A program made the translations under genes and the position numbers. A model generated the notes under the pieces. It was not told the DNA's origin and did no database searches. It was given only the letters and a program-made list of their open reading frames with translations. Positions 10,625 to 21,938 of a DNA stretch of 64,000 nucleotides are shown one piece after another (the stretch's first letter is position 1; each line of letters opens with the position of its first letter). This DNA is from Porphyridium purpureum (Eukaryota): assembly GCA_008690995.1 (NCBI GenBank), contig VRMN01000002.1:2108001-2172000 (forward strand). Reading direction: 5' to 3'.

Positions 10625-12250
10625 CTAGAGCGCGGCTTCCTGGATTCTTTGAGCTATGGTGCTGGCGTCCGGATCGACAGACTCGCCACGTGCGCGCGAC
10701 GAGAACAGCTCGCGCCGGATTTCAGGTGTTATTTGGTGGTGGAATTGCGCGCGAACAAGCCGTTTGAGGCGCTGCTTCTGCTCGTGTGTTAGCTCAGTCT
10801 TGTAACGCTGCGCAAACGTGAGGAGCGACTGGTGCCAAAGAACGGGCAACGATAGCTGTTGCTCCGAACGGCCGCCACGCGTCTGCACGTTCGCAGAACC
10901 AAACGACTCCAGCCGGCAAAAATGATCCACGAGAGCATCTACCACCTTGTACGGCAGCGTGTATTTCTTGTCCAGAAGCACACGAATAAATACAGAGTTG
11001 GCGCCCGAGTAGGGCAATTCTGCGATGCGCAAAAGTGCTGCGGCTGAGTGTAGCATGGGGATGGATACCTTGGACACGACGGAGCCTACTATCACGGCTT
11101 CGCGCAGCGTGCACATACTCGACGGCTCGCACAGCTCAAACAATACGCCTTTGAAAAACGCCTGTGGCTTGAACAGCGCCTTTTTTAAAGCTCCATACAG
11201 GTGCACGTTCAGCTTGCGATTCTCCTCGATATCATCTCGCACACGATGCAGTAATACTTGGTTGAAGAAAAGCTGTGCGTCTGGTGGCTTCAGGTTGCTT
11301 GCGAACAGCCGCGTCGCATACAGCACAGCGTGAGGCGACCATTCGTCCGGTCGTGTGAGCCACATAATTTCTTCCCAGTTACTGAGGGTCGGAATAATCT
11401 TGAACGCCTTTGGAATTTTGCCTGAGCGGTACCGTTTCAGCACGTCGCCGACGCGCGTAAAGACCTCGACGACCTTGGGGTCCAGCGTACTTCCACCGCG
11501 TTCGCCAGAATGCATACCATGCGGGTCTTGTGCTTCTCCGTGATCGAGGTGCATCATTGCAGCACGCTGCGCTGCTTCTTTCTCTTGGATCTTGGCAAGA
11601 ATGATGTCTGCCAGTGTTGTTCTCGGTTTGCTTCCCGCCGCCGGCACCAGGTCAGGATAGAGGTTCTGGTTGAACAATGCCAGCGCCGCCTCGTCCTGCT
11701 CATCCATCTGATCAATGTCGAGATAATCGTAAACATCACTGGCCTCGTCCGCGTCATCACCATCATCTCTGAAGCCGTCCGAGTTCACGCGCTTCTTCGC
11801 TTTCGATTTTCGTGACGCCACGACCAATTGCGGCGCGTCGTCACTGTCTTCGTCGTCACTGTCGTCCTCCACGGACAAAGCGTCAGCATCCGAGTCAACC
11901 AAGTCAACATCATGTGCGGTCGAGATCTGCTGCACCAACGCGCGGTGTCTGTTCTCCGCATCGACTTCCTCGCGCTGTTCGCGCGCCTGCTGCAAGACTT
12001 TCTGCATCATCAGGCTGTCCATGGGCACCTCATCCTCGTTTTCTGCATCCGCAGACGTCTCACGCAAGGACATCACAGGAATGCTTTTGCGCGCGCGCTT
12101 CGCCTTACGACTTGCCGCAATGCCGACGACCGGCTGACCCCTCCTGGCAGCGTGCGGGAGAACGGACGCGGGCGCCCCACTCTGCAGGTCGTCCGCGAGC
12201 GACGTCGAGTGCTGTTGAGGCGGCGCAGACGCCACCCGCTTCTTGCCCAT
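10625..12250 (-). CDS. BYSL: Bystin / Enp1 (40S ribosome biogenesis factor)
   Basis: [52 protein letters not shown] and ITPEIRREL. First ATG at 12250. Confidence 0.95.
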   Translation of the reverse strand: MGKKRVASAPPQQHSTSLADDLQSGAPASVLPHAARRGQPVVGIAASRKAKRARKSIPVMSLRETSADAENEDEVPMDSLMMQKVLQQAREQREEVDAENRHRALVQQISTAHDVDLVDSDADALSVEDDSDDEDSDDAPQLVVASRKSKAKKRVNSDGFRDDGDDADEASDVYDYLDIDQMDEQDEAALALFNQNLYPDLVPAAGSKPRTTLADIILAKIQEKEAAQRAAMMHLDHGEAQDPHGMHSGERGGSTLDPKVVEVFTRVGDVLKRYRSGKIPKAFKIIPTLSNWEEIMWLTRPDEWSPHAVLYATRLFASNLKPPDAQLFFNQVLLHRVRDDIEENRKLNVHLYGALKKALFKPQAFFKGVLFELCEPSSMCTLREAVIVGSVVSKVSIPMLHSAAALLRIAELPYSGANSVFIRVLLDKKYTLPYKVVDALVDHFCRLESFGSANVQTRGGRSEQQLSLPVLWHQSLLTFAQRYKTELTHEQKQRLKRLVRAQFHHQITPEIRRELFSSRARGESVDPDASTIAQRIQEAAL

Positions 12251-13487
12251 GCCTGCAGCCCACCCGTGAATCACCCCGAAACCCCGTCACAGAACTCAAG
12301 CTCCAATGTGTACCCGAGCAGCTGGTCAATGTGTCCGCCAGGCCGCCGTCGGCGTCTTCGGCACTCGGGAAAAAGAATTCGGGTTGGCGGCTTTAGAATG
12401 CGTGGCAGCAGCAACTAGACGTAGTAGACATGGCGAGGACGCGAGCTATACTTGGCGCGGCTTGCGACCACGGCTTCGTGTGACAGCTGCGGTCCAAGCA
12501 ATGCGCGCGACCTTTGGAGGCGAGGCTTTGGCGTAAGGGTCGTTGCACGCGCCGTAGACGTGCACGGAAGAACGATTTAGAGGCGTTTGACGCTTGTTGT
12601 ATGAGAATGATGACATGATCAGTTCTTTTGTCGTCATTCGGTAACCGCGGTCTTCCATGATCGACAAACTGGATGAATGGGCTCCGCTCGCCGGCCAATG
12701 ATGGTCAGGCTTGCGAATCTACATTTACGGATGCGTGTCTGCCGGCGCGAGCGGATTTGCTTTGGCTTGACACAAGATACGATTGATAAAAGTTTCTCTC
12801 CTATCTAGCACGGCGTGGGTCTGCTTCGTTTACATAACATGTAAGACCCGACCTAACCTGAGATCATCGGCAGTGGTCAAGCATTCCCGTGTCTACATCC
12901 AACGAAAGATCATTTTTACACTTTCGCCCGGCTGGAGTGACAGGGTTATTACAGTCATGAGACACATTCGAGTTTGCGCTTATCCCAAGCACGTCGTAAT
13001 AAATGCAAGGACGATTTCATACAGAAAACATAGTCAAACTTGAACAAGCAGTCAGCTGCAGGACGCACGGTCCTCGTACTCTGGCTGACACGCTTGTCGT
13101 CATCTTGCGTTCGATTTGTTCGTGCAATCAAGGCCGCATTCAAAGCTCGCCATCCGCGAGCCTCTTCCAACGCTGTCTTTTTCTGATCGGCAACGCCACT
13201 GTCTTCCTCAGATGCCGTCATCCTCCATCATTTCAGAGCGTCGATGAACGTGCGTGCTTCTGTTGACATACACGTACTCCCAATCATCAACAATTAAAAA
13301 GGATACTAGGAGGAAGGGAAAAGATGGCTCGTGCCATTCCCGCCAGCGAGAGCGATGTCCGAATGCGAGCCACTTACTGCGAAAGCCACGATGTACATGT
13401 CCACAAGCAGTCGAGAATGACTTCCGTCGCGACACGACGTCAAAGGCAGACAAGAGCCGGAATTTTAACTTGAGGGAGCTGACACAC

Positions 13488-15290
13488 TCACCAACCGCCA
13501 CCGCGACCGCCACCACCGCGGCTAGAGCCGCCGCCAAATCTTACGCTGGTGCCACTGCGGCCCATGCCACGCGCCTGTGCGCGCAGCTGCGGATTGAGTG
13601 CCCGAAAGCTGGCGTCCTGCACAAACGTTGTGTTCGGTGCACCCCAGCCGCGATTCCAGCGGTGATACATTGACGGTGAGATAAACTGCGGATACCGGTG
13701 ATGCAAGCGAAAGAGTCGGAAACGCATCTCGCGGTCCCATGCTCGCTGCTGGTTCGCGCGCATCATGGGGTTCACGCAGCCATTCCCGAAGGAGCTGGCA
13801 CTGCCTGTGCCTCCGAGCCCGCCACCAGGATAGTCAGCATCGTCGACGCCCGGCGGCAGGGCGTCGTCATTGTCGTCCGGGCGACTTGAATCATCTGGCC
13901 CACCAAGAGGAGTGCGACACACCGGACAGTCCAAATTGGAGCCGCGCTGTGCCCAGCTCGTGATACATGAACGATGATACTTGTGCCCGCACCTCATGAG
14001 CACCACATCAGACGGAGCGTTTGGGCGATTCGAGCCCTCTGCCATTCCTGCTGTCCCTTCTGCTGGTGCAGGCGCAACTGCAGGCGTGACCCTTCCCGCA
14101 GCATCGCTGCTTGAACGGCTGTCGTCGTCCTTCGCGTCGCTAGAGGCCGAATGCGAACCAGTCCTTTTGCGCCGCACAACTCTTTCGGTCACAACCGCGC
14201 TCGTGCTACCGCCTGCGCCAGCGCTCTCATCGGCGTGTATGTTTGGGGATAAAGGCATCGTTGCATCGGACTTTGGAAAGGTAATCCCTTCATTTCGAGT
14301 CCCACCGTCCGTGTCAGACGATCTTTCGTCCGGTACGCGCTCGGCAGACGTGTCTTGTGGAAAGTCGTCCAGACAGATAGGACAGCTTCTTTGCTGGTAC
14401 TCATTCGCGCGAGCGCGTGCGCGATCCTCCTCAATTCGCGTGAGCTGCGTCACCACACGACTGTACTCTTGAGTCCGCCTCTGCGTTTGCCGATTCGAAA
14501 AGTACGTCATTCCACCGAAAAGCGCCACAAACGCGCCAGGAATGAGCCACTCCTTCAAACTTTCAAGCCAGCCAGCCACACCGGAGCTACGTAGCTCCTT
14601 GCCAGAAACAATACGCCCAATATTGTGGACAATATCCTCTGCAGCGCGACCATAGTCCTCGTGTCGTAGGTACGGACGCGCTTCGGCAATGATCGCGTCA
14701 ACTGCCTTGTCTGGCAAGTACTGCAGCACACCCTTTCCTGTGGAAATATGCACGCGGCGGTCTACCACACTAATAAACACCAGTGCGCCAAAGTTGCACT
14801 GCGCGTCCCCCACGCCCCATGCGTCGTGTAATTGCTTGGCAAACGCTTCCGCATGGCGCGCAAGCAGGTATTCAGGGAGCTTGCTGGCGGACGCGCTACC
14901 AGTGCCGAAATCCATTTTGGCAATGATTGCCACTGCGACCTGTACGCCCACGAGCTGATTCCCACACGTTAACTTCTTGTACGGAACAAGGCCCTGCGCA
15001 ATCATTCCCGCGACGCCGTCAACCGTGTCCTGTTCGTCGCGGGACAAAATCTGATCGGGGTCGCACACCCACGAGTGAGCCACGCCGTCCGGCCGGCCGC
15101 AACTGGCCGGGTCTGTGTATGGGTTGGGAATCTCGCTCACCTTGCGCGCGCGTCCGGCTGCTTCGCCTTGCGCAGCGCCATTCGTCCACACGAACACGGT
15201 ACATAGCGCGACTATCAAGACGCACGCGCGGCGCGTACGGAGTGGCAGCATCGTAAGCGCGGCTTGTGATTGAGCGCTCCTCACGGCCAT
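13488..15290 (-). CDS. Membrane protein with TPM domain, TM helix, split RING-H2 finger and Gly-rich tail
   Basis: Signal-like N-terminus. TPM motifs VCDPDQILS, FAKQLHDAWGVG and DRRVHISTGKG. TM WLIPGAFVALFGGMTYF. RING CPIC...CGHKYHRSCI...CPVCR. C-terminus FGGGSSRGGGGRGGGW. Confidence 0.85.
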   Translation of the reverse strand: MAVRSAQSQAALTMLPLRTRRACVLIVALCTVFVWTNGAAQGEAAGRARKVSEIPNPYTDPASCGRPDGVAHSWVCDPDQILSRDEQDTVDGVAGMIAQGLVPYKKLTCGNQLVGVQVAVAIIAKMDFGTGSASASKLPEYLLARHAEAFAKQLHDAWGVGDAQCNFGALVFISVVDRRVHISTGKGVLQYLPDKAVDAIIAEARPYLRHEDYGRAAEDIVHNIGRIVSGKELRSSGVAGWLESLKEWLIPGAFVALFGGMTYFSNRQTQRRTQEYSRVVTQLTRIEEDRARARANEYQQRSCPICLDDFPQDTSAERVPDERSSDTDGGTRNEGITFPKSDATMPLSPNIHADESAGAGGSTSAVVTERVVRRKRTGSHSASSDAKDDDSRSSSDAAGRVTPAVAPAPAEGTAGMAEGSNRPNAPSDVVLMRCGHKYHRSCITSWAQRGSNLDCPVCRTPLGGPDDSSRPDDNDDALPPGVDDADYPGGGLGGTGSASSFGNGCVNPMMRANQQRAWDREMRFRLFRLHHRYPQFISPSMYHRWNRGWGAPNTTFVQDASFRALNPQLRAQARGMGRSGTSVRFGGGSSRGGGGRGGGW

Positions 15291-15465
15291 CCCTGCGTCG
15301 TATTCTTCGAGATTCACTCTACCTGGTCTGACCTCCTGGAGAGGACAGCAACGTCGCCATTGGATTTCTAGTAGAAAGGAGTTTGAATGGAGAAGTTTTC
15401 GTGATCTCTAGTTTCGGCAACTCACAACTTCGTAACGAGCTCCAAGGGCACCGTTATCCGCGGCT

Positions 15466-16698
15466 CTATGCCTGAAGCTCAGAAAGCGGAAGCCCTGGTG
15501 CAGCGTGTGGCTCTAATAGTACTTGACGACTTGCGAGCGGGAGGCCATTGGTATGCAAGCAATCTAGCACAGATAGATGGATCGCACTTTGTGCGCTTAG
15601 AAAGTCCAGATATGAGCCCTTCTTGACAATATACAGAAGCTCAAAGTCATGACTGTCGAGCGCGGTGTCCTTAAAGTACGCGGCTATGAATTCGACGTCG
15701 ACATCGAGCTTAGCAGACGCAACGGCACTCCGCAGGAGCTCTGGAACTGTACGCAGCGCCTCCACCGGGATGTTCTTCGAAAGATAGAAGGTGCTTGTTT
15801 TCTTACGGGACATGCCTGCGTCAAACTTGCTGATGCGGGCATTGCTGACATCCTTGTTTGAGAAAATCAGCAGCTCGCCATCCGAGGCTCGGATCGTCGT
15901 CGTCCGGTACCCAATGCTTTGCACAGTCCCACCCTTGGCGCTTCCAATAACCACAAAGTCACCCACACGGAAAGGCTTGTCCAGAAAAATCACAACAGCC
16001 GCTGCGGCGTCTTGCAATACCGTCTGTGTACCCAGTGCAATCGTGATTCCACCGACGCCGAGTGACGTCATGAGGGACTCAAGCTGTACTCCCGCGTTCT
16101 CTGCTAGCAGCAGCGCGCCACATACAAAGAAGAGCGGCCGCGCGATGGTGAGTGCCGAGTCGAGCTTGGCGGCGTTTGCCGGGTCCTCGGCGTATTCGGA
16201 TGAGCGAAACCAGCCGCGAGCGAGAATTTGGAGCAGCGTCCACGCGGCGCTCAAAACGGAGAGGCCCACGAGCAACACGACAGCAATCTTCCACCGATTT
16301 GCAAGCAGAGCGTGCTGGACTTCAAGCTCGAGCGGCAGCGACGCGATATACGCGGCGCCGCACACCAATGCGGCGAATTGCACGCCGTGTGCGTCCACGG
16401 TGACCGACTTGGCGAAAGCGACAAGCTCATCGTCCAGCTTGGTATGAGACGTGCCAGACACTTTCACGAGCCAGCGAATTGCGAGCGGGACGCCCCATGC
16501 GAATCCGTTGACGAGCGCAAGAAACAGCTCGAGCGCAAGCATCCATCGCGCCAAGGGCACACCCAACAGCCGCAGGCCGCCGAGCCAGCTGAGCGGCAGC
16601 TGCGTGGACGCGTTACTCAACAGCACCAGCCACACAATGTGCAGCGCGCCGAGCGCTGCCTGCGCGCCTACAAGCACTGTCCCGCGCTTCTCCGGCAT
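15466..16698 (-). CDS. MscS-family small-conductance mechanosensitive channel
   Basis: SLGVGGITIALGTQTVLQD...DKPFRVGDFVVIG...GTVQSIGYRTTTIR, with several N-terminal TM helices. Confidence 0.92.
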   Translation of the reverse strand: MPEKRGTVLVGAQAALGALHIVWLVLLSNASTQLPLSWLGGLRLLGVPLARWMLALELFLALVNGFAWGVPLAIRWLVKVSGTSHTKLDDELVAFAKSVTVDAHGVQFAALVCGAAYIASLPLELEVQHALLANRWKIAVVLLVGLSVLSAAWTLLQILARGWFRSSEYAEDPANAAKLDSALTIARPLFFVCGALLLAENAGVQLESLMTSLGVGGITIALGTQTVLQDAAAAVVIFLDKPFRVGDFVVIGSAKGGTVQSIGYRTTTIRASDGELLIFSNKDVSNARISKFDAGMSRKKTSTFYLSKNIPVEALRTVPELLRSAVASAKLDVDVEFIAAYFKDTALDSHDFELLYIVKKGSYLDFLSAQSAIHLSVLDCLHTNGLPLASRQVLLEPHAAPGLPLSELQA

Positions 16699-16882
16699 TG
16701 CCTCGGCCCGATCGCGCACAAATCTCCACCCACACGCCTCTCGCACAGCGCAAGCCCAGACGCGAAACGAAGGCGAACCCGAAAAGTACAGTTCATGACT
16801 TTTTTAACATTGAATTTAATCCGCAGTTTAATCCAGTGTACCTCGATCAAAGTACAGTTAGATTTTCACGGCTCAAACGAAA

Positions 16883-16954
16883 GTACAGCGAGTACAGTAG
16901 GTACACTTTGGACAGTGTGTACAGTGTGTACAGTGTGTACAGTGTGTACAGTGA
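16883..16954. repeat. 9-bp-period tandem array of GTACAGTGT (8 units, partly degenerate) in a divergent promoter
   Basis: gtacagcga gtacagtag gtacacttt ggacagtgt gtacagtgt gtacagtgt gtacagtgt gtacagtga. Confidence 0.9.
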
Positions 16955-17051
16955 ATTAGCCGGTAGTTCTTGAGTGGAATCTCTTGGTGGTCGGTAGGAA
17001 AGGTGATGGGGAAGAAGGACGGAAGAACGCGCGCGGCAAGACAGGCAGACG

Positions 17052-17948
17052 ATGGCACACGCGCATGCGCCGATGGCGGCGTTCCAGGCAGTCACACTGT
17101 CGCAGACGCTGGCTCTGCCATGGGGAGCCCGGCAAAGCGCGGTGGCCGCAGTGGCTGCGGCCGCGGCGGCGAGCTCGTCTTGCGCACGGTGTCACGAGCT
17201 CAGCAAGACCGCGCGCAGCCGGGGCGCGCCGAGCGCCGCGCTGGCGTCTCGGACGGTGAGAACGTACAGCGGCTGGGATAAACGACATACGCACTTGGAT
17301 TCCGTGCCGCCCGGCGGCAGCGTCAGGAGCCACGCGTCATCAGGCCGGAAATGCTCCATCGCAATGGCGACCGTGAAGCCTCTCATGACATCACTGGGGG
17401 GTGGTGGCGTGGGTGGTGGTGTACCTGCATCAAAAAAGAAGAACCACCATAATCGAGGACCGGACTTTAATGCCAATGTGGGCAAGCTCATCGAGACGCT
17501 TCGCGACGACTATCCGTGCCTGCTGGAGCGCGCGCCTAATTTGGACATGTTCACCGAAGATGTCATTCTCCGTGAGCATCTGACGGCGGACCTCCATGGC
17601 AAGAATAAGTACTGGGCATTCTTCTGGGCGCTTCGCGCTCACATGCGGCTCATGTTCCGCGAGCCGCGTGTAGAGATTCTTAATCTGTTTTTCGACGACA
17701 TGGACATGAGCGTGCAGCTGAGATGGCGTCTCACAGGGGCGCCGCGTCTCTCCAACACCACTCGGGTCGTTGACGGCATCTCGCTGTACCGCGTCAACCA
17801 GCACGGCTTCTGCTGGATGTGTGAGCTCACAAATGTTAACCCTCCGCGAAACTCATTCTACGCCGCGATTGACCGCATGGCCGTCTCGGTCGCAGGACAA
17901 AGGGTGCAACCAACGACTCCTGTTGCTAATTGTAATTGCACAGACTGA
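17052..17948 (+). CDS. DUF2358 (NTF2/SnoaL-like) protein, probably plastid-targeted
   Basis: FNANVGKLIETLRDDYP, LDMFTEDVIL, VQLRWRL and DGISLYRVNQHG. Ala/Ser/Arg-rich transit-like N-terminus. Confidence 0.8.
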   Translation: MAHAHAPMAAFQAVTLSQTLALPWGARQSAVAAVAAAAAASSSCARCHELSKTARSRGAPSAALASRTVRTYSGWDKRHTHLDSVPPGGSVRSHASSGRKCSIAMATVKPLMTSLGGGGVGGGVPASKKKNHHNRGPDFNANVGKLIETLRDDYPCLLERAPNLDMFTEDVILREHLTADLHGKNKYWAFFWALRAHMRLMFREPRVEILNLFFDDMDMSVQLRWRLTGAPRLSNTTRVVDGISLYRVNQHGFCWMCELTNVNPPRNSFYAAIDRMAVSVAGQRVQPTTPVANCNCTD

Positions 17949-17995
17949 AGAAGAACAGCGTGTTGTAAACAACCCGTATGTCTTGACTTGATCAA

Positions 17996-20900
17996 CTAAT
18001 ACCCAAGAGTATACTGCCGCACTTGGCCATCCTTTGTGAGCGACACGAGCGCACCGGGCGGCAATTGGCCGAGAAAGTGATTCATGTCGCCGTCTTGCTG
18101 TTCGTCGCTAAAGTCGCCAGCGAGTCGACCCAAGCAAATCGACTGGCCGTCTCGGTCTCTGCGCTGGATGGGCGAGACAGTCTCAGTGCGAGCACCATTG
18201 GGATCTTCACCGTCCAGCTGCCAAATCCACTCGTGCACAAATTTATGCTGATCCACGAAAAGCACCCGCGCCCCATCATTCCCGCAGCACACTCCCTTGA
18301 TCACAGCTTCATGTTGCAGGCGAGCACACACGCTTCCCGTTCGTGACTCTACCCATACAATCTCCTCGCCACCGTTCCAACAGAGCACAAAGTCGCCAGA
18401 AGCATCAAAGATTACTTTGACCTCATCAGACGTGCAACGCGTCCGCATGCTGGCGAGCGTCAACTCGCAGGTAAGACGGGGCACGAGCGAGATGGAGACC
18501 GTGTGATGCACGTCGTCAGCAATCACCCAAAGAAAAAGCTTGTGATCCGAAGTGACTGCCACCACCAAGAGCTCATTCAGGCGCCTGGCGCAGTGCAACG
18601 CGAGTGGAATGCCTTCGCCCAAGTCCAGCTCGCAATACGCGGCGGCCAGCGACCAAGGTAACCCAGCCCGACCCGGTTGGTCTTCGTGATGCGCGAGTCC
18701 AACGCCGGAATCTAGCCCAACGAGAGTATCGCGAGCAAACACCCAACAGCGAAGTGCATCTGAACCACCGGTCACTAGCAGCTCCATCTTCTCAAATACC
18801 ATGCAGACCGCAATGCACGGTCGAACTGAAGAGCCCCAATCGGAGCTGGTGGTCGTGCATAACACGCGCACGGTCGCGTTGGGAATCGAAAATGCGAAAA
18901 TCTCTCCAACGCTGCACATAGCATACATGATGGGCAGCCCTGAGACATCCTGAAATCCACCAAAACACATGGCCACGATAGTGTGGCTGCATAGCTGACG
19001 AGTGCGCGCCAACTGCAGCGGGTCAGTGTGCGCGAGGCCGGATGCACTGCCAGCCCTGATGCTGCACTGCACCTGTTGTACGCACAAGCGACCATCGTCC
19101 CATCCTGTGCACAGCAAGCCCGATGCCGCATCCAAAGCAGCGCATGCCCAAGCGGAACCATGCGGAGCCAATAAAAGGTCATCCTGTTTACATTCCCAGA
19201 TGCCTCCTCGCTGGTCGCTTGACAAATCGACGCTGCGGTCTCTACTTTCCGAGTGAATGCTTCCCGACCCCATGCCAGATGTCAATCCGTTCTCGGCCAG
19301 AAGCGTATTGTCACGCCACAGGCGCTGCTGCTCCAGCTTGAGTACCACAAAGCGTCTTGCGTGCGGCCGCTCAAAGAGTTGCTTGGGTGTTTTCCCAAAT
19401 TCAAGCAATGCCTTTTGGACCAAAAGCTCGGAGAAACCGGCACGCTCAAGCCTCGTTGGACTGCCGTTGTCTTGAGCTGCTGAGCTGGTCACCAAAGCTT
19501 CGAGAGCGTCCGTGAAATACAGAGTGCCTTTTTCGAGGGAGCGAGAGTGTATTCCAAAGACCAAGTCTATCCAAGCGTGCAGATGCTGTGTCACAAAGTC
19601 AGACTCGAGCGCCGCCCTGTTCACTTTCACAAAGCGGCTCGGCGAGCCTCGCGCCCATGGCGGAAGGGTTACATTGTCAAGCCGCCGGCCATCCTGCCTG
19701 CAACCGAGATCCAGCGAATCCACGTTTCGCAAAAAGTCACCGGGCTCTCCATGCGGGCTGTGCGTACTAAACGTGTCAGAGTCGACTGCACTCGAGCGCG
19801 CAAGCGCGCAAGCATCTAGCGGCAGTTCCCTTTCATGCAGGGCGAAAAACTCTGGCGTGAGCTCTTTGAGATCTGTCTGCGAGCTGCACACAGAGCGCCA
19901 ACTTGCGGCTATGCTGTGGAAAAGACGGTCGGCGTCATCAAAATTCCCGCTTTGCAGTCGCAACATCGCGTCCGGTACGGCTCGCACGAAAAAATAGAGC
20001 ACATAAGCCGCTGATGAAAAGTGCGTGCCACACAAGAAGAGCAGCTCGTTGCCGTCTTCACTCATGTCACGCATGGCCTCAAAGCGCGCACGGAACTGTG
20101 CCAGCCGCGCGGCATCGAGCGCCGGCGTGCTGAGTGACAAGTCCCGATACACCTTGGGATCGTCAAGATTCAGTTCCTCAGACTCATAATCAGACAATAC
20201 CCATGGAAACACAGGATACTGGGCAAGATTTGCAAAGCTTCGGTCCGCGAGCAAGTTCAGACTAAGCAGGTAGTCATAGTTGGAAAGACGCCCTTCGAGC
20301 CAAATATGCTGAAGCGTCGCAGCATCGCTAATGTGAAGCAAATTTGGCGTCTGCTGAGGCGTGTCACGTTGGTCGGGCGAGCCGCCGCTGAGAGAAAGCG
20401 CGAGAGCGGCAGTGTTGCGGAGCAGAGCGTCGTCGAAAAGAAGCATGAGTGACATGGTTCCGCCCAACTGAAGCATCACACCGCCCACTTCTGAAGCATC
20501 GGCAAACGCCATCGCGCTTGCACTCGCCGAGTTGGTTGCCAATCGTGCAAGCTTTGATTGAAAGCGAATTTCGAGCGCGATGTCAAAGATCCCGTACTGC
20601 ATTCCACGTACCTGTACAAGGCTGTCAACGGGGACACACGTTCCCAGTGGATCAAGCTCTTTGGAACCCTGAATGGGCACAAAATAAATAAACATGTTTG
20701 TGATGCGCAAAAGGCCCGGGATGCGCGAAAGCGTAAACTCGGCATCAACAGCTTCCTCGAAGCGCGTGAATTCGAGTGCCGGATTCTGTAGCAGCGTCAA
20801 ATCAAATCGAATACGCTGCCGGTGTTCATTCACGAGCCGCGCAACCTTTGATGCGTCATTGGCGGCCCAGCATGCATGCAGCTTGGCAAACAGGTGAAAC

Positions 20901-21478
20901 GAGACGCCTGTGTCTGTATTCCGGCCTTGCTCGCCCGCAAAGTGCAAGCAGACACGAATAGATACATTGCTCCGTCGGTAGGGGTGATCGTATCCACCTT
21001 CTTTCATCTTGAGCGTCCGGGACGCCACAAAAGTCACACTCCAAGCTTGCACCGAAGTCACAGAAAATGCGGCTGGGCCGGCGCTCTTGGTGGATTCCCG
21101 TTCCGAGCCAGACTGGCGACGTCCGTTTGTACCGCTGTGGGGAGAACTGAGTTGTGCGGCTCGTGCAGAATACAATGCTGCACAATGGGCGCAAGCACTG
21201 GCAGCAAAGTGCTGCATGTCCGCGTACGCCACACGCACGATCGGCTCTGCCCAGTCATCTGGCTCGAAAAACAAATTCTTGGAGCCCATTCGAACACGTC
21301 CACGCAGAGGAGTTATCGAAGGCTGGCCCGCTTCAGCTTTGGGCGCTCCACCACCGTGCTCAGCCGAGTGCACGGTGCACCAGGCGCGCGCGTCATACAG
21401 AAGCTGCTCCGCGTCCTCGAGCAAAAGCTGGCTGAACCTGCGCGTCGTGGCGCCGAGCGTGCGCCGCGCGGGGCGCAT
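17996..21478 (-). CDS. BEACH/WD40 protein, FAN (NSMAF)-like
   Basis: N-terminus RFSQLLL...RGRVRMGSKNLFFEPD resembles FAN. BEACH motifs LSNYDYLLSLNLLADRSFANLAQYPVFPWVLSDY, DLKELTPEFF and LHAWIDLVFG. Degenerate WD40 C-terminus. First ATG at 21478. Confidence 0.88.
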   Translation of the reverse strand: MRPARRTLGATTRRFSQLLLEDAEQLLYDARAWCTVHSAEHGGGAPKAEAGQPSITPLRGRVRMGSKNLFFEPDDWAEPIVRVAYADMQHFAASACAHCAALYSARAAQLSSPHSGTNGRRQSGSERESTKSAGPAAFSVTSVQAWSVTFVASRTLKMKEGGYDHPYRRSNVSIRVCLHFAGEQGRNTDTGVSFHLFAKLHACWAANDASKVARLVNEHRQRIRFDLTLLQNPALEFTRFEEAVDAEFTLSRIPGLLRITNMFIYFVPIQGSKELDPLGTCVPVDSLVQVRGMQYGIFDIALEIRFQSKLARLATNSASASAMAFADASEVGGVMLQLGGTMSLMLLFDDALLRNTAALALSLSGGSPDQRDTPQQTPNLLHISDAATLQHIWLEGRLSNYDYLLSLNLLADRSFANLAQYPVFPWVLSDYESEELNLDDPKVYRDLSLSTPALDAARLAQFRARFEAMRDMSEDGNELLFLCGTHFSSAAYVLYFFVRAVPDAMLRLQSGNFDDADRLFHSIAASWRSVCSSQTDLKELTPEFFALHERELPLDACALARSSAVDSDTFSTHSPHGEPGDFLRNVDSLDLGCRQDGRRLDNVTLPPWARGSPSRFVKVNRAALESDFVTQHLHAWIDLVFGIHSRSLEKGTLYFTDALEALVTSSAAQDNGSPTRLERAGFSELLVQKALLEFGKTPKQLFERPHARRFVVLKLEQQRLWRDNTLLAENGLTSGMGSGSIHSESRDRSVDLSSDQRGGIWECKQDDLLLAPHGSAWACAALDAASGLLCTGWDDGRLCVQQVQCSIRAGSASGLAHTDPLQLARTRQLCSHTIVAMCFGGFQDVSGLPIMYAMCSVGEIFAFSIPNATVRVLCTTTSSDWGSSVRPCIAVCMVFEKMELLVTGGSDALRCWVFARDTLVGLDSGVGLAHHEDQPGRAGLPWSLAAAYCELDLGEGIPLALHCARRLNELLVVAVTSDHKLFLWVIADDVHHTVSISLVPRLTCELTLASMRTRCTSDEVKVIFDASGDFVLCWNGGEEIVWVESRTGSVCARLQHEAVIKGVCCGNDGARVLFVDQHKFVHEWIWQLDGEDPNGARTETVSPIQRRDRDGQSICLGRLAGDFSDEQQDGDMNHFLGQLPPGALVSLTKDGQVRQYTLGY

Positions 21479-21938
21479 GTCGCGTGACCAGCGCAAACAC
21501 CACCGCCCGTGTCGTTCCTCCCCCGCCCTTTCACATGATGAGAGCCGCCCAGTCGCCACTTGCTCCAGATCCGTTCGGCAAGCGCATGCGTCACTTTGTC
21601 CAACCGATTTTTTAATCGCCACCGAACATTATTTTAATAGGATAATATTAAATAAGATATGTTTTAACTATTCGCGCATCTGAATTTTTGTTGATGCCAA
21701 TTTCAAATGTTTGAAAAGTGTTCGAAAGCTGGAAATGTCGGGAGTGAGAGTCTGGGTTGATGGTTGGCGACAAGACATAGCTGTGAGGTGCCCGCCAAGG
21801 ACGGACGAGTGAGAGAAAGACGGGCCGAGACGCACATTCACATACGGACATACGCAGACGCGTGCACGCGAACACGTTTTCTATATGTGCGCAAGCTACG
21901 AGCGGGCGTCAGGAAGCAGTTGAGAGTGCGCAGGGACC

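Noticed and set aside
12600..12720. C/D-box snoRNA suggested by ATGATGA
   Set aside because: No suitably placed CTGA D box or terminal stem was identified.
17996..21622. GTG/TTG starts given by the ORF track for many genes
   Set aside because: The context is eukaryotic, so starts were moved to the first plausible ATG.
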